Source: Lama guanicoe
Taxonomy: Eukaryota
Reading direction: 5' to 3'
NCBI GenBank assembly: GCA_013239625.1
Contig: MU053881.1
Span: forward strand, 8,207,957-8,271,956
Length of the DNA: 64,000 nt
Shown here: positions 13,170 through 25,538 of the stretch, piece after piece
Layout of the letters: every line of letters starts with the position of its first letter
How positions within the stretch are numbered: the stretch's first letter is position 1
Position numbers and translations under genes: made by a program
The notes under the pieces: model-generated
Database searches by the model: none
The model's input: only the letters and a program-made list of their open reading frames with translations
What the model was told of the DNA's origin: nothing

Positions 13170-14527
13170 CAGAAGTTCTTAAACTATGGGGTCTCGAGAC
13201 CCCTTTATGTTTTTCAAAAGCATTGAGGACTCTAAGAACTTTGGTCTGTGTGGGTGTGATCTGTTGATACCATATTGGAAACTACAGCTGAGAAAAATTT
13301 TAAATATATGTTAATTTATTTAGACGTGACGATAGTATACCCATCGCATGTTTCTGTAAAAAGCACACTTTTATGAAAAACAAACCAAAAGGAATGTAAT
13401 GGAGAAGCGTGACATTACGTTTTTACAAATGTGGAAGAAGCTGGATTTTTATACCTACTTCAGCGCTCCCTCTGTTGTGATATGCGGTTCTGGGTGAAGT
13501 GTAAGAAGGAAAAATCTGGCTTCACGTAGATGTGTAGGTGGAAAGAGAAGAAGAATTTTGATGGCTTTTTCAAATTACTGTGGATAATCTTCCTTGATAA
13601 CACACCAAAACCACACAGTGGTCATTTCCTTAAAGGCTGGTTGTAGCGTGGAACCTGAACCTGTCAGTGGGTTCTTCGGACTCTGTTACGTTAAGATCCA
13701 CTGGCCTGCCTTGCACTTTGAATAGGACCTGCCCTTGTGCTTAATCTTGTAACAGGATGCACTCGTCATTTGGGAAATACTGGTTCACTCAGTTGTGCAG
13801 ATCTTCCCAGGGTTGGCACATGGGATTATACAGCATCAGAACTGCCACAGCCGTTTATACCACCACCGATCTCATCAGAAACGTCTTTAAGTAAGGAACG
13901 GTGTCAGGCTCTGTGTGGCAGTTACAGGTTGTCTAAAATTTTAATTTTCACTTGGAAGCTCAATTTTTATCATCTCCCATGAATACTGTGAGCTGTTTCT
14001 CTCAAAGTGATCGGCTCACTCTGTTCATTTTCAAGAAATGTCTACTAAATACACATCACTGAATAACCTGTTTGCAAGTCATTCTTTTAAGTAAAAATAG
14101 TGTTTTGTTAAAAAAAAAAACTCGGCTAGTTCAGCTTGTAACTCAGTTGTACAGGTGCTTTTTCTCAGGACAACCAGTCTATACCCTGCACAGTAGGGGT
14201 GCTATATGCACACACAACACTAAAAAGTGGAGTGCTCAGGGGTCAAGGCATCATACAACTGGTAACTTTTTACTGCATCATCGAGGCCATTCCTAAGTGA
14301 CACTGGCTTTTCCTTTTTACCTGCAAACACATGGAGCTGTAGAATCTAGTGACCACTCAGGTTATTTGGTGCCACTGCCTTGATTCACCCTGAGGTGCCA
14401 GCAGTTTGATTCACATGGTGCAAAAGGAGAACAAGGTTTTAATCTTATTGCAAAAATTGTTTTAGCATCATAGACCCCTGAAGGAGGACCCTCCCAGGGG
14501 TCTGTGGACAACACTTGAGAACTACCC
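13170..14527. mobile_element. hAT-Charlie DNA transposon (Charlie1/Charlie1a-like), decayed, both ends present
   Basis: Left end cagaagttcttaaactatggggtctcgagacccctttat...cattgaggactc; right end ...caggggtctgtggacaacacttgagaacta (degenerate TIRs); ~1.36 kb; no intact transposase ORF. Confidence 0.8.
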
Positions 14528-15137
14528 AGTCATTACGCACTGTCAGGCAAATAATACACAGAGACACCCGCGAGAAGTCAGCATGAATTCCTGATTTGAA
14601 AGCAAGCCTGTAAAGTCTTATGAAAAGCAGAGCAGAAACAGATGTGGGACATCTGAGCCCCCAAGGTCACTGACACGAATACTCTATTCAAAGGTGAGGG
14701 CCTCATCGGCTTCAGAAAGTTCTAGTATTCTATATCATGAGCTTTTTAGACGCAAGCTTACCACTCTGGAAGAAATTACACCTCAAAACCTGTTTGCTTG
14801 CATTGAAGGGAATGTTTACTAACATCAAACCTTCCTGGGTCTGGAAACAAAATCTGCAAGCCTGCATCTTCCTGAGTGCTGGAGAGGAGAATGAGACTCC
14901 AGTGCGGGTGAACAGTGTTCCCACACAGGCCGCCCCTGGTCAATCTCCAGGAAGCACCGATGCTGATTTGGGTCTGAGGACCATGACTGTGGATTTGATG
15001 TCCTGCCCCTGATATCCCAAGGAGAGGAGAAGGGAGGGTTGACATACCTCCCTGCAGGCACCACTGTTGGACAAAAGTTCTGTCAGAATGTGAATTAAGG
15101 GCATCACGGGAAGCAGACTGGCAGTACAGGCATGCAT

Positions 15138-15139
<2 letters not shown>

Positions 15140-15171
<32 letters not shown>
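15140..15171. repeat. (CA)n microsatellite
   Basis: ~16 perfect CA units. Confidence 0.95.
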
Positions 15172-15173
<2 letters not shown>

Positions 15174-18108
15174 CACTGATGGGGATGGGGCTTGACCCGG
15201 AGGTCATGGGGCTGGGGCCCAGCTCTTTGAGAGTGAGTGCAGCAGGAAGTGATGACAAGAGTGCAGTGATTGAAGGAGAGGGTGAGACCCGGCCCGGCAC
15301 TAGTTAACTCCAAGGGGCTGGAGGATGGGAGTCTGGGGTACAGCATGCAGATCAAAGGAAGCTTTCTCTGCCTCTCCGGTCTAGTTAGGGTGACAGATAT
15401 TGTGCGTGCAAGAGAAAGGGCAGAGCAGCGCAGTAGGGGACAAGCACACATGAGTGGCCTGGACAGATATGCTCTGGGATAGGGAGGAGTCCAGGAAGTT
15501 CTGCCCAGCGCAGCCTTGAGGAAAGCAAGGGAAAATGTCCTGACGGCGTGAAGTCCAGCACAGCTGCCATGTATGCAGCATTTCCTGTGCTGGGAGCTGC
15601 ACCAGATTGTTTCATATGGAATCTCATTTACTCCTCCCAACAACCCTACAAGGCAGCCATTATTATAGCCATTTTGCAGATGAGATAACTGAGGCTCAGG
15701 AAGGTTGAATAATCTCTTAAGATCACATTGCCAAGAAGCAGAGCATCAGCATGAGCCTGGGTCTGTCTGACCCCAAGGCCCATCCTCTCACCACTGAACT
15801 CCCTCCCTTTGGCAGAGGCCCGGGTCTCTGTGCGCGCTGCCCCGTGGCCTGTGTTGTTGGGGACTTGTGGAAGGTGGCTCTGCATCTCCTTGGAACCTGC
15901 TGCCTGCATTTGATCAGGGAGAAGGCAAACGCAGCCCCCTGCCGGGATGCAGTAGGGACCTGTCAGTGATTCCAGCGGGGTCCATCCTGACAGCTGGACC
16001 TTCCCCAGCAATGCCAGCTGCTGCCCGAGAAGAGGCTGCTGCTTTCTGTGACCTCCTGTGCTGGGCAGGCTCCCCAGAGCACTTTCTAGAGCAACTACCA
16101 GCACTGACTGCGTCCTTGCCTTTATTTGGCTCCGGAAGAGGGACAGAAATTGCCCGCAGCCAGCTGGAGGGAGCTGGTCACATCTTTGGAGAGCAGACTG
16201 GCTCTGGGCGCAGCCGCACTTAGAAGCCCTGGCCCTGAGAAGACCTCAGCAGATGGCTTCAGCAGAGGACACTTCTAGGCTGTCGGGCAGGCAGGGCCAT
16301 CTGTGGGAGGGACTGAGCGAGCCCCCTTCACTCAGGCAGGTGTTCACTGAGTTTATTGTGTCAGATCCTGTCACAGAAGCTGGGGACACAGCAGCTAACA
16401 CGGCAGATAAGATTCCCCAATGTCCCAAACGTGGGGTTGGGGAGAAAGACCATACAAAAGCTAACCAGTAAATGAGGCATTTCAGATAGGACATAGAATA
16501 GTGTTTCCCAGGAAAACAGGGAAGGAGTGGGAAGAACGTGTTTTATGAAGACCCCAAGGTGGGAAGATCTCTAAGTCATGAAACCAAGAAGACAATAAGA
16601 CGCAGCAAACAGAAGGGCAGAGAGGAGGGCATGTCCTGAAAACTTGCGGGGGGATGTGTAAGCGCTTGTAGGCCGTGGTGAGGGCTGCCTCTTCATCCCA
16701 GGAGAAATGCGGAGCCGAGGAAGAATTTTAAGCAGCAAAGTGACACGATCGGTTTCTCACTTTAGAAATACTACTCTGGATGCAGACTCTGGAGAGCAGA
16801 CAGCCATGGGATCATTATCTGTCTCTGAGTAATCATGTATTGTTGGCCGGAGAGATCTGTTTGTCTCGGTGTGTCCCTATACGTATGAACATATACGCAT
16901 GTGTAAATGGATGAGATGCAAGCTCAGAGAGGTTAAGTATATACATATGTGTACGTTCAAACATTACTGAGCAAGTCAAACCTTTGGAGCCAGGCACTGC
17001 TCCAGGGCTTTCCGCAGAGACTCCCATCTAGTCTTCATAATTGCTTCAAGGTGGCGATTATTAGCAACCCCACTGTATAGATGAGGTGACACAAGCTCAG
17101 AGAGGGTAAGTAACTTGCCCAAGGTCACACAGCTATTAGCTAGTGGAGCCAGCATATGAGCCTTCTCTGCTGCCTGACTCCTGAGCTGCCCGCACATCAT
17201 CCCAGGCCTCCCATTGGAATCCTGGCCTGGAGTCAGGGCTTTTGGAAGGTGGCGGCCCTCCTGCTCCTTCACCATTCAGTAGCTCCAAAAGTTCTCTGTG
17301 GGGCCCTTGTCAGCAGCACAAAGCTTGAAACAGAAATGGGGACCGTTCATTCGACAGAGCTCTGTGTGGATTTTCATGCTAGGCAGATGTGTCCTCGTGT
17401 GCTTGTGCTGGGGCTGAAACAGAGCATTTAAATGCAGATCAACGCATAGGTTGACCCGCTAGAAACACTGGTAGTTCTGAGGCTGGCAGGGCAAGAGTGC
17501 AGCCTTCTGAAAGGGTCCCTCTGGGGCCTGGGCTGCAGGCTACAGGCAGCTTTGGAGTTCAGAGTGTTCATGAAGGGCTTCCTACAAAGAGAGCTTTCCC
17601 ACACAGCCGCATCTGCATTTCTGAAGTGAAACTTTTTGATTCCACGTCCTCTGAGCTGCGATGCCAGGTCGCCAGGGATGCTCTGCACTTAAAGCAGCTC
17701 CCTTGCTGCTCCCACTTGGCCCTGCAGTGCCAACTTCAGCTCCACCTGGGGAGTTCTGGGGTTTTCATCACACAGGTGATGTTTCCTGAGCATCTGCTAT
17801 TGCCAGCTAGTGTACCGGATGCTGTGGTGAGCCAGACAGGCATGGCTCTGCCCCATTCATCACACAGTCACACGAAGGGCATCACTGATGGGTGTGGGGG
17901 ATGACATCAGGGAAGCAGTGCTTGAGCTGGGGTCTGAGTGTCTGGGTGAGTTAACTAGACAAGGAGGGAGAAGAGGGACCAGCAGTACCAAGACCTGCCC
18001 CTCTAAAGAGGAGCACTGAGCGTTCACAGAGGGGTAAGGTCAGCGGAGTTGGAACCAGAGATCGAGGGAGAGTTTGATGTAAGAAGAGCCAGAGAGGCAG
18101 GCCGAGAC

Positions 18109-18439
18109 TGCAAGGGTAAATTTCATGAGTCATCTCAGCCAGGCTTTGGTGCCCAGTTGTTTGAGCAAACATGGGCTAGATATTGCCATGAAGGTACTTT
18201 GTAGATGCAGTCAACATCTACAGTCAGTTAACTTTTGAAGTAAAGGAGGTTACCCTCCCTACTGTGGAGACAGGCCTCGTAAAGTCCGTTGAAAGCCTTA
18301 AGAACAAAAAACAGGTTTCCTGGAGAAGGTGGAATCCTGCCTCAAGACTGTTAACATAAAAATCCTGCTTGAGCTTCCAATCTGCTGGCCTGACCTTCCT
18401 TAAAATAAATTCTTTCTCTCTGTCTCCATACGTACGTAC

Positions 18440-18471
<32 letters not shown>

Positions 18472-18519
18472 CTCATATTGCCTGTTGGTCAGTTTCTCTG
18501 GAGAACCCTGACTGATTCA
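18109..18519 (+). mobile_element. MLT2 (ERVL) solo LTR with internal (TG)n
   Basis: tgcaagggtaaatttcatgagtcatctc...gtgcccagttgtttg...ttctctggagaaccctgactgattca, typical MLT2 termini. Confidence 0.8.
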
Positions 18520-20074
18520 GGACAGACCACAGAAGGCTTGGCAGGGTTTGGGCAAGAGTCAGGTAGCCCTTCTCCAACAAGCAGTGGAGGACAGGGCAGG
18601 AATTTAGCAGGGACAGAGGCTGATACAGTTGGCACAGCACTGCCCGGAGCCAGGCTGGAACCCGGGGGAACTGGCATGCTGAGCTCCAGGATCATCTGTG
18701 TCATGTCGTCCATCCTCCAGGGTCCTGAACATCCCTGTGTCAGGTGAGGATGCCGTCAGCATCCCTGAATCCCAGTGGTCATTTATTCAACTGCTCAGCA
18801 AATGGGTGCATTTGTGGAGCATGGCCTGCCCTGCAGGTGGAGTTGGGCCAGGCCCAGCGCACTCCTTGAGACTACTGTAGGTTTCTGTGTTTTTAATCCA
18901 GGGTCCTGTGAACGGCCTTTCTTCACGTTCATTCATTCATTCATTCAACAAGGATTTGAGGTCCTGCTATGAGCTGAACACTACACAGTGCCCTAGGACA
19001 CAGCAGGAAACAAAACGTGCAAAATCCCCTGCTTCGTGCAGCTGACATTCTGGTCGGGGCGAAGGAGCAAATCAGTGACACAGAGCAGAGCACGTCCTCT
19101 TGGGCTGAGATGACCAAGAGTGAAAATAAGGAGCACAAAGTGGAGAGATGAAATAGCCCAGGGCTGACTTCTCGGGCCCTGGAGTCCAGCAGATCTGAGT
19201 TCAGATCCTGGGTCCTGAGCTTTTCTGGTTACCTCTCTGAGCCTCAGTGTTCTTGCCAACAAAATGGACAAAAATACCCAGCAAAATACACCCCTCAACT
19301 CCAAAGGGTTAAATGAGATAACAGACCGGAGTCTCTCTCCCAGAGCACCGGGATATGCACCTCAGCTAGTGCTGGTGAATTTTGTTTGGGTTTTGCTGTC
19401 ATCCTTGTCCTTGTGTTGTGTGTGAGGTTCAGTAACTTACCTCAAGCCACAAGGCAAGCCCACGCCCTGGGCCCAGCCTCCAGTGTGCTTGCCAAGGAGA
19501 CCTGGAGTTTCAGCATCTTGTTCCGGGTCTTGTCTTAGATGCCTCAGATTTGCTAAATAATTGAAGCAAGCAAACAAGAATGAGAGAAAGAGCAGCAGAA
19601 GAGTGAGAGGTCACAGCCGGTGTGAGGCCAGGCTCCTTCAAGCCGCTCCCTCCCTCGGGGTTAATTAGTCTCCCTCCAGCAGAGGTGCTCTCTGGACCAG
19701 CATCTCCCCATCAGCCCTGCTCATTCATCCGGCTCCTGCCTCCCAGCTTCCCTGCATGCCACGCCGTCCACAAAACACCTCCTGCAGGGCAGTGGGCGGT
19801 GGCCCCCCTTCAGCTGCACAGACCCCTACCACCCTCCCACACACCCTCCCTGGCCAGCAGAGAAAGCTGGAAGCCTCCCCCATATGTCTGCTCCTCCCCA
19901 CCACCACTAGCCCCTCAGTGATGAGGGGCAGGGCCAAATGTCCACACAGAGCGTAAATGCCCCACGGGTGATGTTGGGGAAGAGGTTTTCAGGGAGCTCT
20001 TGGAAACACCAGCCACTGCGCCTGTCTGCAGTCATGGCCTCTCCTTGCATTTTGGTTTTTAGAGGGGGTTGGGG

Positions 20075-20962
20075 TTTTTTATTGAGTTACAATTAACATA
20101 TAATATGTTAGCTTCAGGTGTACACCATAGTGATTCAATATTTTTATACATTTATGAAATGATTGCCCCAATAAGACCAATTACAGTACTATTGACTATA
20201 TTCCTTATGATGTACATTCCCTCCCTGTGATTTATTAATTTTATAGCTAAAAATTTGTACCTCTTAATCATCTTCACCTATTTCTTCCATCCCCCGGCCC
20301 CCCTCCCCTCTGGCAACCACCAGTTCTCTGTGTCTGTGAGTTTGTTTCTGTTTTGTTTGCTTTGGTTTTTAGATTCCACATTTAAGTGCAATCATACAAT
20401 ATTTGTCTTTCTCTGTCTGACTTACTTTGCTTACATAATACCTTCCAGATCCATGCACATTGCTGCAAAGGGCAGAATCTCATTCTTTTTTATGGCTGAG
20501 TAGTATTCCATTGTATCTGTGTGCCACATCTTCTGTATGGATTCACCTGTTGATGAGTACTTAGGTTGCTTCCATATGTGGACTATTGTAAAGAAGGCTG
20601 CTATGAACATTGGCGTGCAGATATCTTTCAAACGCATGTTTTCATTTTCTTTAGATAAATACCCAGAAGTGAACTTGTTGGCCACAGTGAACTTAGGGGT
20701 TCATATATCTTTTCAAATTTAGTGTTTTCATTTTCTTTGAATAAACACTTTGAATTTATTTCTTTGAAAAAATTCAGAAGTGGAATTGCTGGATCATACA
20801 GTAGTTCTAGTTTTAATTTTTTTGAGGAATCTCCATAGTGTTCTCCGTAGTGGCTGCACCGATTCGCAGGCCCACCAGCAGTGCTCCAGGGCTCCCTTTT
20901 CTGCACACGTTCGCTGGCACGTGTTGCTCTTGCCTCTTTGGTAATAGCCATCCTGACAGGTG
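20075..20962 (-). mobile_element. LINE-1 3' fragment (L1MA-like) with internally repeated segment
   Basis: ctggcaaccaccagttctct, tagattccacatttaagtg, ggctgagtagtattccattg, gaggaatctccatagtgttctccgtagtggctgcacc. Confidence 0.88.
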
Positions 20963-21864
20963 GATAAACTGGTAACAGTGTGATCTGCCCTGCCTCCCGC
21001 TCCTCCCCTCACCCACCAGACTCTGGCCTCCTGGACCTTCTTCCGTTCAAGTTCAGGCTGCAGTCTCCTGTGCTGCGTCTCCTCCTTGGCTGCATCTTTC
21101 TGCAGTAAGCCCTTGGCTCTCTCTATCACACCACCTTCTTCCTTTCCTCCGAAGCACACGTGACAATTTATAATTTACGTGACTTTATGTGTGTCTCTTC
21201 TCTCTCCCCCTCCTTCTCTCTTTCTCCCCTCCTCTAATTCGCCTGCTCCCTCTCCCCATCCCTCCTTCCCACACACCCATTAGATACTTAAATACCAGAA
21301 AGTAGGCACCATCCCTGCCTAATTCACCAGTATATACGGTATTTGGCACATTGCGTTTGCCCAATAAATATTCCTGCCTGAATAAATGAATACATCAGTG
21401 AATTCATTTCTCGTAGCTCCTCTGCCTGAGGGCATGATCTAAATGTGTATGTGGCTGAATGTTAAGCCAGGTGATCAAGCTCCCTGAAGGCAGAAATGGG
21501 GGCTGGTTCATCTTTGTATCTCCCCCAGCATCTAGCATAGTTCTTAGCACGTAATAGATACACAACAAAGCCTGAGGACCAGAGGGACATTAATCCAACA
21601 TGCTGTGGCAACCAAAGACCATGTGGGGTCCTGCCCAGTGTTCTGTGCCAGGAGGCCCCTTCAGGGCCAGCCAAGGGAATAGTCACTTGGCCTTCATTTA
21701 AGTAATACTCAGTTGAACTTGTCCTTTAGGCTAAGCCTGGTTTGGTCACTGACAGACTTAGCCATATCGTATTTTAACCCATTTCGTTCCATTCAGTCAC
21801 TCTGTGCTGGGTCTCCTGGAGGCCAGGCTGGGCACTAGCACCTCCTTCCGTAGCACGTGGCCTG

Positions 21865-22008
21865 CAGATCAGGACCCTCCACCGTTTCCTGGGAGCCTAT
21901 CAGAGATGCAGGCTCTCCAACCTGGCGGCAGACCTGCTGTATCAGAATCTGAGTTTTAGCAAGATCCCAGCTGATTCATATAGATATTACAGCTTGAGAA
22001 GCCCTGCG
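21865..22008. mobile_element. MER5-family hAT MITE
   Basis: agacctgctgtatcagaatctgagttttagcaagatccc...gcttgagaagccctg. Confidence 0.7.
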
Positions 22009-22589
22009 CTAAAAGATGGTAGACCTAGGATCTGCCTTCATGGAGCCTAAGGCAGGCACAGTGCCAGTGAACAGCCGAGCTCGATGTTGGCTGTTATGAG
22101 AGGAAACTGAGCTTTATATCAGGGGAGCCTCACCCAAGGGATCAGAGCAGGCATTATAAGCCATCTTAAAGGTTTTGTTGTTTTGTCCCGAGAGCAACAG
22201 GAAGCCCAGGGAAAGGCGTCTACAGCAAGGGTGGGAGTGACTGAATTGCCCCGTGTCCCCTCTTGAGGGCAGTAATAACCTTTGTAATTCATGATCAAAA
22301 CAAAACTTCCTTCTGTCTTCAGCCACACGCAAGTGTCTGAAGTGCAGGTGCCCCAAGTGCAGGCTGGTCTAGGCTCAGCCTTGGCACGTCCAGGAGTCCC
22401 CTTCTGTTGGTCTGCCCTCGTTCTGAACCCCTTCGCCTTCCGTGCGTGCTGGGAGCCACAGCACAGGGATCCAGAAGCATGCCCCGTGTCTGCGCTTCCG
22501 GATGCACATCAGAGATACTCAGCACTGAATCGGGGTTAAGATGAGTCACGGCTCAGCTCTCTGCACCCTCTGGCAGCTAAGTAGAGGCC

Positions 22590-22790
22590 ATATGGAACTG
22601 TGGTAAGACTGCAGTCAGAGAGACCTGGGTTTGAGTCCTATCTCAGCCACTTGCTCGCTGTGTGACCTTGGGCAAATGTGTTAACATCTCTGAATTTCTG
22701 GTTTCTCAACTGTGACTCTCTGCCACGTAAGTGTATCGTGAGGACCAGGTACAAAGTGAGTGCTTCCTCTATGCAACTGATAACTCACTG
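22590..22790 (+). mobile_element. MIR SINE (one of many; others near 630-780, 15600-15800, 16990-17190, 30050-30270, 32250-32370)
   Basis: Core agacctgggtttgagtcc...ctgtgtgaccttgggcaa...aacatctctga. Confidence 0.75.
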
Positions 22791-23044
22791 AACACCTGCT
22801 GGGTGCCACTCTGTACACAGTCTTGGTGGGCTCCATCCCTGGGCTCCTGCGATCATGGAGCTTAGCAGCCCCGTTGGAAAAAGTGTCATCAGTTGAACAA
22901 TCACACAAATGAATATTAAATAACACATGTAGTATGTGCTCTGAAGAGGGGGAAAAAAGAGGTAGGAGAGAATAAAACGGGACCAGCCTGGAAAGTCAGG
23001 GGAGGCATCTCTCTCCCCAGCATGACTATGCATCTCTTTTTCAG

Positions 23045-23113
23045 GTACCTGGAAGGAAACCACTTAACAGCCGTGCCCAGGGAGCTGTCCACCCTCCGAC
23101 ACCTGACGCTCAT
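23045..23113 (+). CDS. SLIT3: SLIT3 exon ~21 (LRR, D4)
   Basis: ttttcag|G TAC CTG GAA...CTC AT|gtaagg; 69 nt; [23 protein letters not shown]. Confidence 0.95.
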
Positions 23114-23788
23114 GTAAGGAGCCCAGCCTCAGTGCGACATGTAGTTTTCTCTCCTGGGGGAGCTCAGGAAACTGATGGGGAGGACGGGGAGGGCGGGGAA
23201 GGCGGGGAGGGTGGCGGGGCAGGCTGTGCGGCACTCCTGCGCTTTTCTTCCTGGATGGAGCAGCAAGAGGCAGCCGAGAAGAACGGACCAGCCGGATGTG
23301 CCAGGTCTTACCCAGTGAGAACTTCGTGCAGAAGTACCCAGATCCTGGCATCATTGGCCACCTGCACCACCTTCCTCCTTGGCTTAGAGCCTCTGAGCTT
23401 CCAGGCTCCCAGTTAAATTCTCGCGACCCCTCGGTCTTCAGTTTCTTGCAAGCTGCAGCTGCCCGTGGGTTTGCTAAAAGCACTAATGAGCATTTCTTCT
23501 TCCTCCTCCTTTAGTTACTCAAAAGTGTTCTAAGGAGATGGTTCAAATTGAGGTTCCTTCAGGTGGGAGCTTCTACTGGCTCCAAGTCTGCCCAAACCCA
23601 CGGAAACTCCTGAATGAGTAGAAATGCTGGGCCTAGGGGCAGGGGGTGTAGGAAGCGAGGCGGCCCCTGAGCTTCGTCCCTCAACAGCCTCACCGTCTTG
23701 CCGATAGGTCACCCAGGATCCTTGAGCAAATGGTAGTTTAAAGATGCCCTGTCTGCTTAGGGGGCAGGGAGCCCTGGAGCAATGGCCC

Positions 23789-23960
23789 TCTGCTTCAGCT
23801 GATTATAGAAATCATCTCAGCTGGGTTTTGTTTTAAATACTGATGCTCAGGCCCATCCTAGACCTATTAAATCAGAATATCTGGGCATGAAACCCAGGCT
23901 TTGGAGGACATAGAGCTCCTCAGGTGATACTAGTGTACAGCCAGTGTTGAGAGCCACTGC
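23789..23960. mobile_element. MER5-family hAT MITE
   Basis: ttaaatactgatgctcaggccca...ttaaatcagaatatctggg...caggtgatactagtgtacagccagtgttgagagccactg. Confidence 0.72.
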
Positions 23961-24194
23961 TCTGGGAGAAACTGGAGGTTGCCGTTGGCAGAGGACCACT
24001 CTCCCACCAGCCTCATTCCCCCTAGGAGAGAATCTGAGAAGATGGAATAAATGAATGCTAGACGAAGGGGAAGGTGGAGGGACTGGGAGAGGAAGAATTG
24101 ATCAGGGAGAAAAAGCACTAGAACAAGGAGGAATTGTTACCTTATGTGTTATGTTTTGCTGGTAGAATAAAATGTATGGATAGACATCATTGAT

Positions 24195-24555
24195 TGAATA
24201 GCTGAATAAGTAGATGAATGAATGAAAAACAATTATTTGAATGATTGAATAAATCTTCAACTAAAAAATGAACATTTGGACTAATGAGTGGGTCAGTGAA
24301 TAGATGAGTAAGTGGATGGATGCATGAATAGGCAGATGGACAGAGGACAGGTGGGTGGACAGATGGTTAGATGGACGGACATATGGGTGGATGGGTGGAC
24401 AGATGGACAAATACATGGATGAATGGGCAGATGAGTGGATGGATGGATGGACAGGTGGCTGGATAGATAGATGGATGGGTGGATGGATGGATAGGTGGAT
24501 GAATGGATGGGTAGGCAGATTGATGGATGGATAGCAGGCATGCATGCATGCATGT
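24195..24555. repeat. Degenerate (TGGA/TGAA)n tetranucleotide repeat ending in (TGCA)n
   Basis: ggatggatggacag... runs directly visible. Confidence 0.9.
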
Positions 24556-24626
24556 GTGAAAGTTGGGGATGACCTCCTTTAGATGCAACTAACGGTACAG
24601 AGTGACCCTCTGCTTACTTTTCCTAG

Positions 24627-24698
24627 TGACCTGAGCAACAACAGCATTGGCGTGCTGACCAACTACACCTTCAGCAACATGTCTCACCTCTCCACCCT
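24627..24698 (+). CDS. SLIT3: SLIT3 exon ~22 (LRR, D4)
   Basis: tcctag|T GAC CTG AGC...ACC CT|gtgagt; 72 nt; DLSNNSIGVLTNYTFSNMSHLSTL. Confidence 0.95.
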
Positions 24699-24735
24699 GT
24701 GAGTACAGTGTGGTGTGTTTAATATAAGCCTGAGT

Positions 24736-24866
24736 GAGGAGGGTATAACTCAGTGGTAGAGTATGTGCTTAGCATGCACAAGGTCCTGGCTTCAATCCCC
24801 AGTACCTCCATAATAAATAAATAAAAACCCAATTACCCCCCTCCAAAAAAACAAACAAACAAAAAA
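24736..24866 (+). mobile_element. tRNA-Ala-derived SINE (vic-1-like)
   Basis: gaggagggtataactcagtggtagagtatgtgcttagcatgcacaaggtcctggcttcaatccccagtacctcc + aataaa tail + aattaccccc. Confidence 0.88.
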
Positions 24867-25466
24867 CCCATGGGCCTGGCACTAAGTGGCCTGTGGCCAT
24901 CCTCCCCTTGACCCCTCAGGCTTACATTCTCTGCCGTAGTGATCCTCAGGGCTGTGGCTGACCCAGCACAGGGCAGGCCTTAGTCATCAGAAGGAAAATA
25001 AAGTAGGTCAGAACTTCACTGTCTGGGTGGTTAGAGAGAAGTCGGCACCTAGTAATTACTGCTGAAGAATTTCCTCTGTGGAAAACCTCCTGTGATTTGT
25101 GAACTTTCTTTCCCAGTGGAGGGTTTCCCTACACAGTTACATTTTGCTCAGACCCATTTATTTCTCATTAGCTCTGCAGGCTGTAAGCATTCACCATTGG
25201 ACAATAGACGGAGGTGATGGCAAAGCTGGTTAGGGAGCCAGCCTGCTAGGAGACCTAGGAGCAAACTGGGAAATGAAGCCAGTGAGCTTCCTGGAGCTGT
25301 GAGGGGGTGTTTCTCTGCTTTTGGTCAGCAGGCTGATTTTTGTCAGTGTATTAAAACTGGGGAGGTAGAGGAACCGTTTGCTTTGGCTGGTCCACGGTGT
25401 GGACAACGCATGCATCAGCACTGAGAACAGGAAGCACCAACAGAGCCTGTGTGTCCTCTTCCGCAG

Positions 25467-25538
25467 GATCCTGAGCTACAACCAGCTGCGCTGCATCCCC
25501 GTCCACTCCTTCAACGGGCTGCGGTCCCTCCGCGTGCT
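25467..25538 (+). CDS. SLIT3: SLIT3 exon ~23 (LRR, D4)
   Basis: ccgcag|G ATC CTG AGC...GTG CT|gtgagt; 72 nt; [24 protein letters not shown]. Confidence 0.95.

Noticed and set aside
13735..13747. ttgtgcttaatct resembles the 5' end of miR-218, which is hosted in SLIT2/SLIT3 introns
   Set aside because: The 3' half does not match, no hairpin partner is evident, and it lies inside the Charlie element. miR-218-2 is expected in an earlier intron upstream of this window.
24261..24588. His/Pro/Ser/Ile-rich ORFs
   Set aside because: Translation of the (TGGA)n simple repeat.
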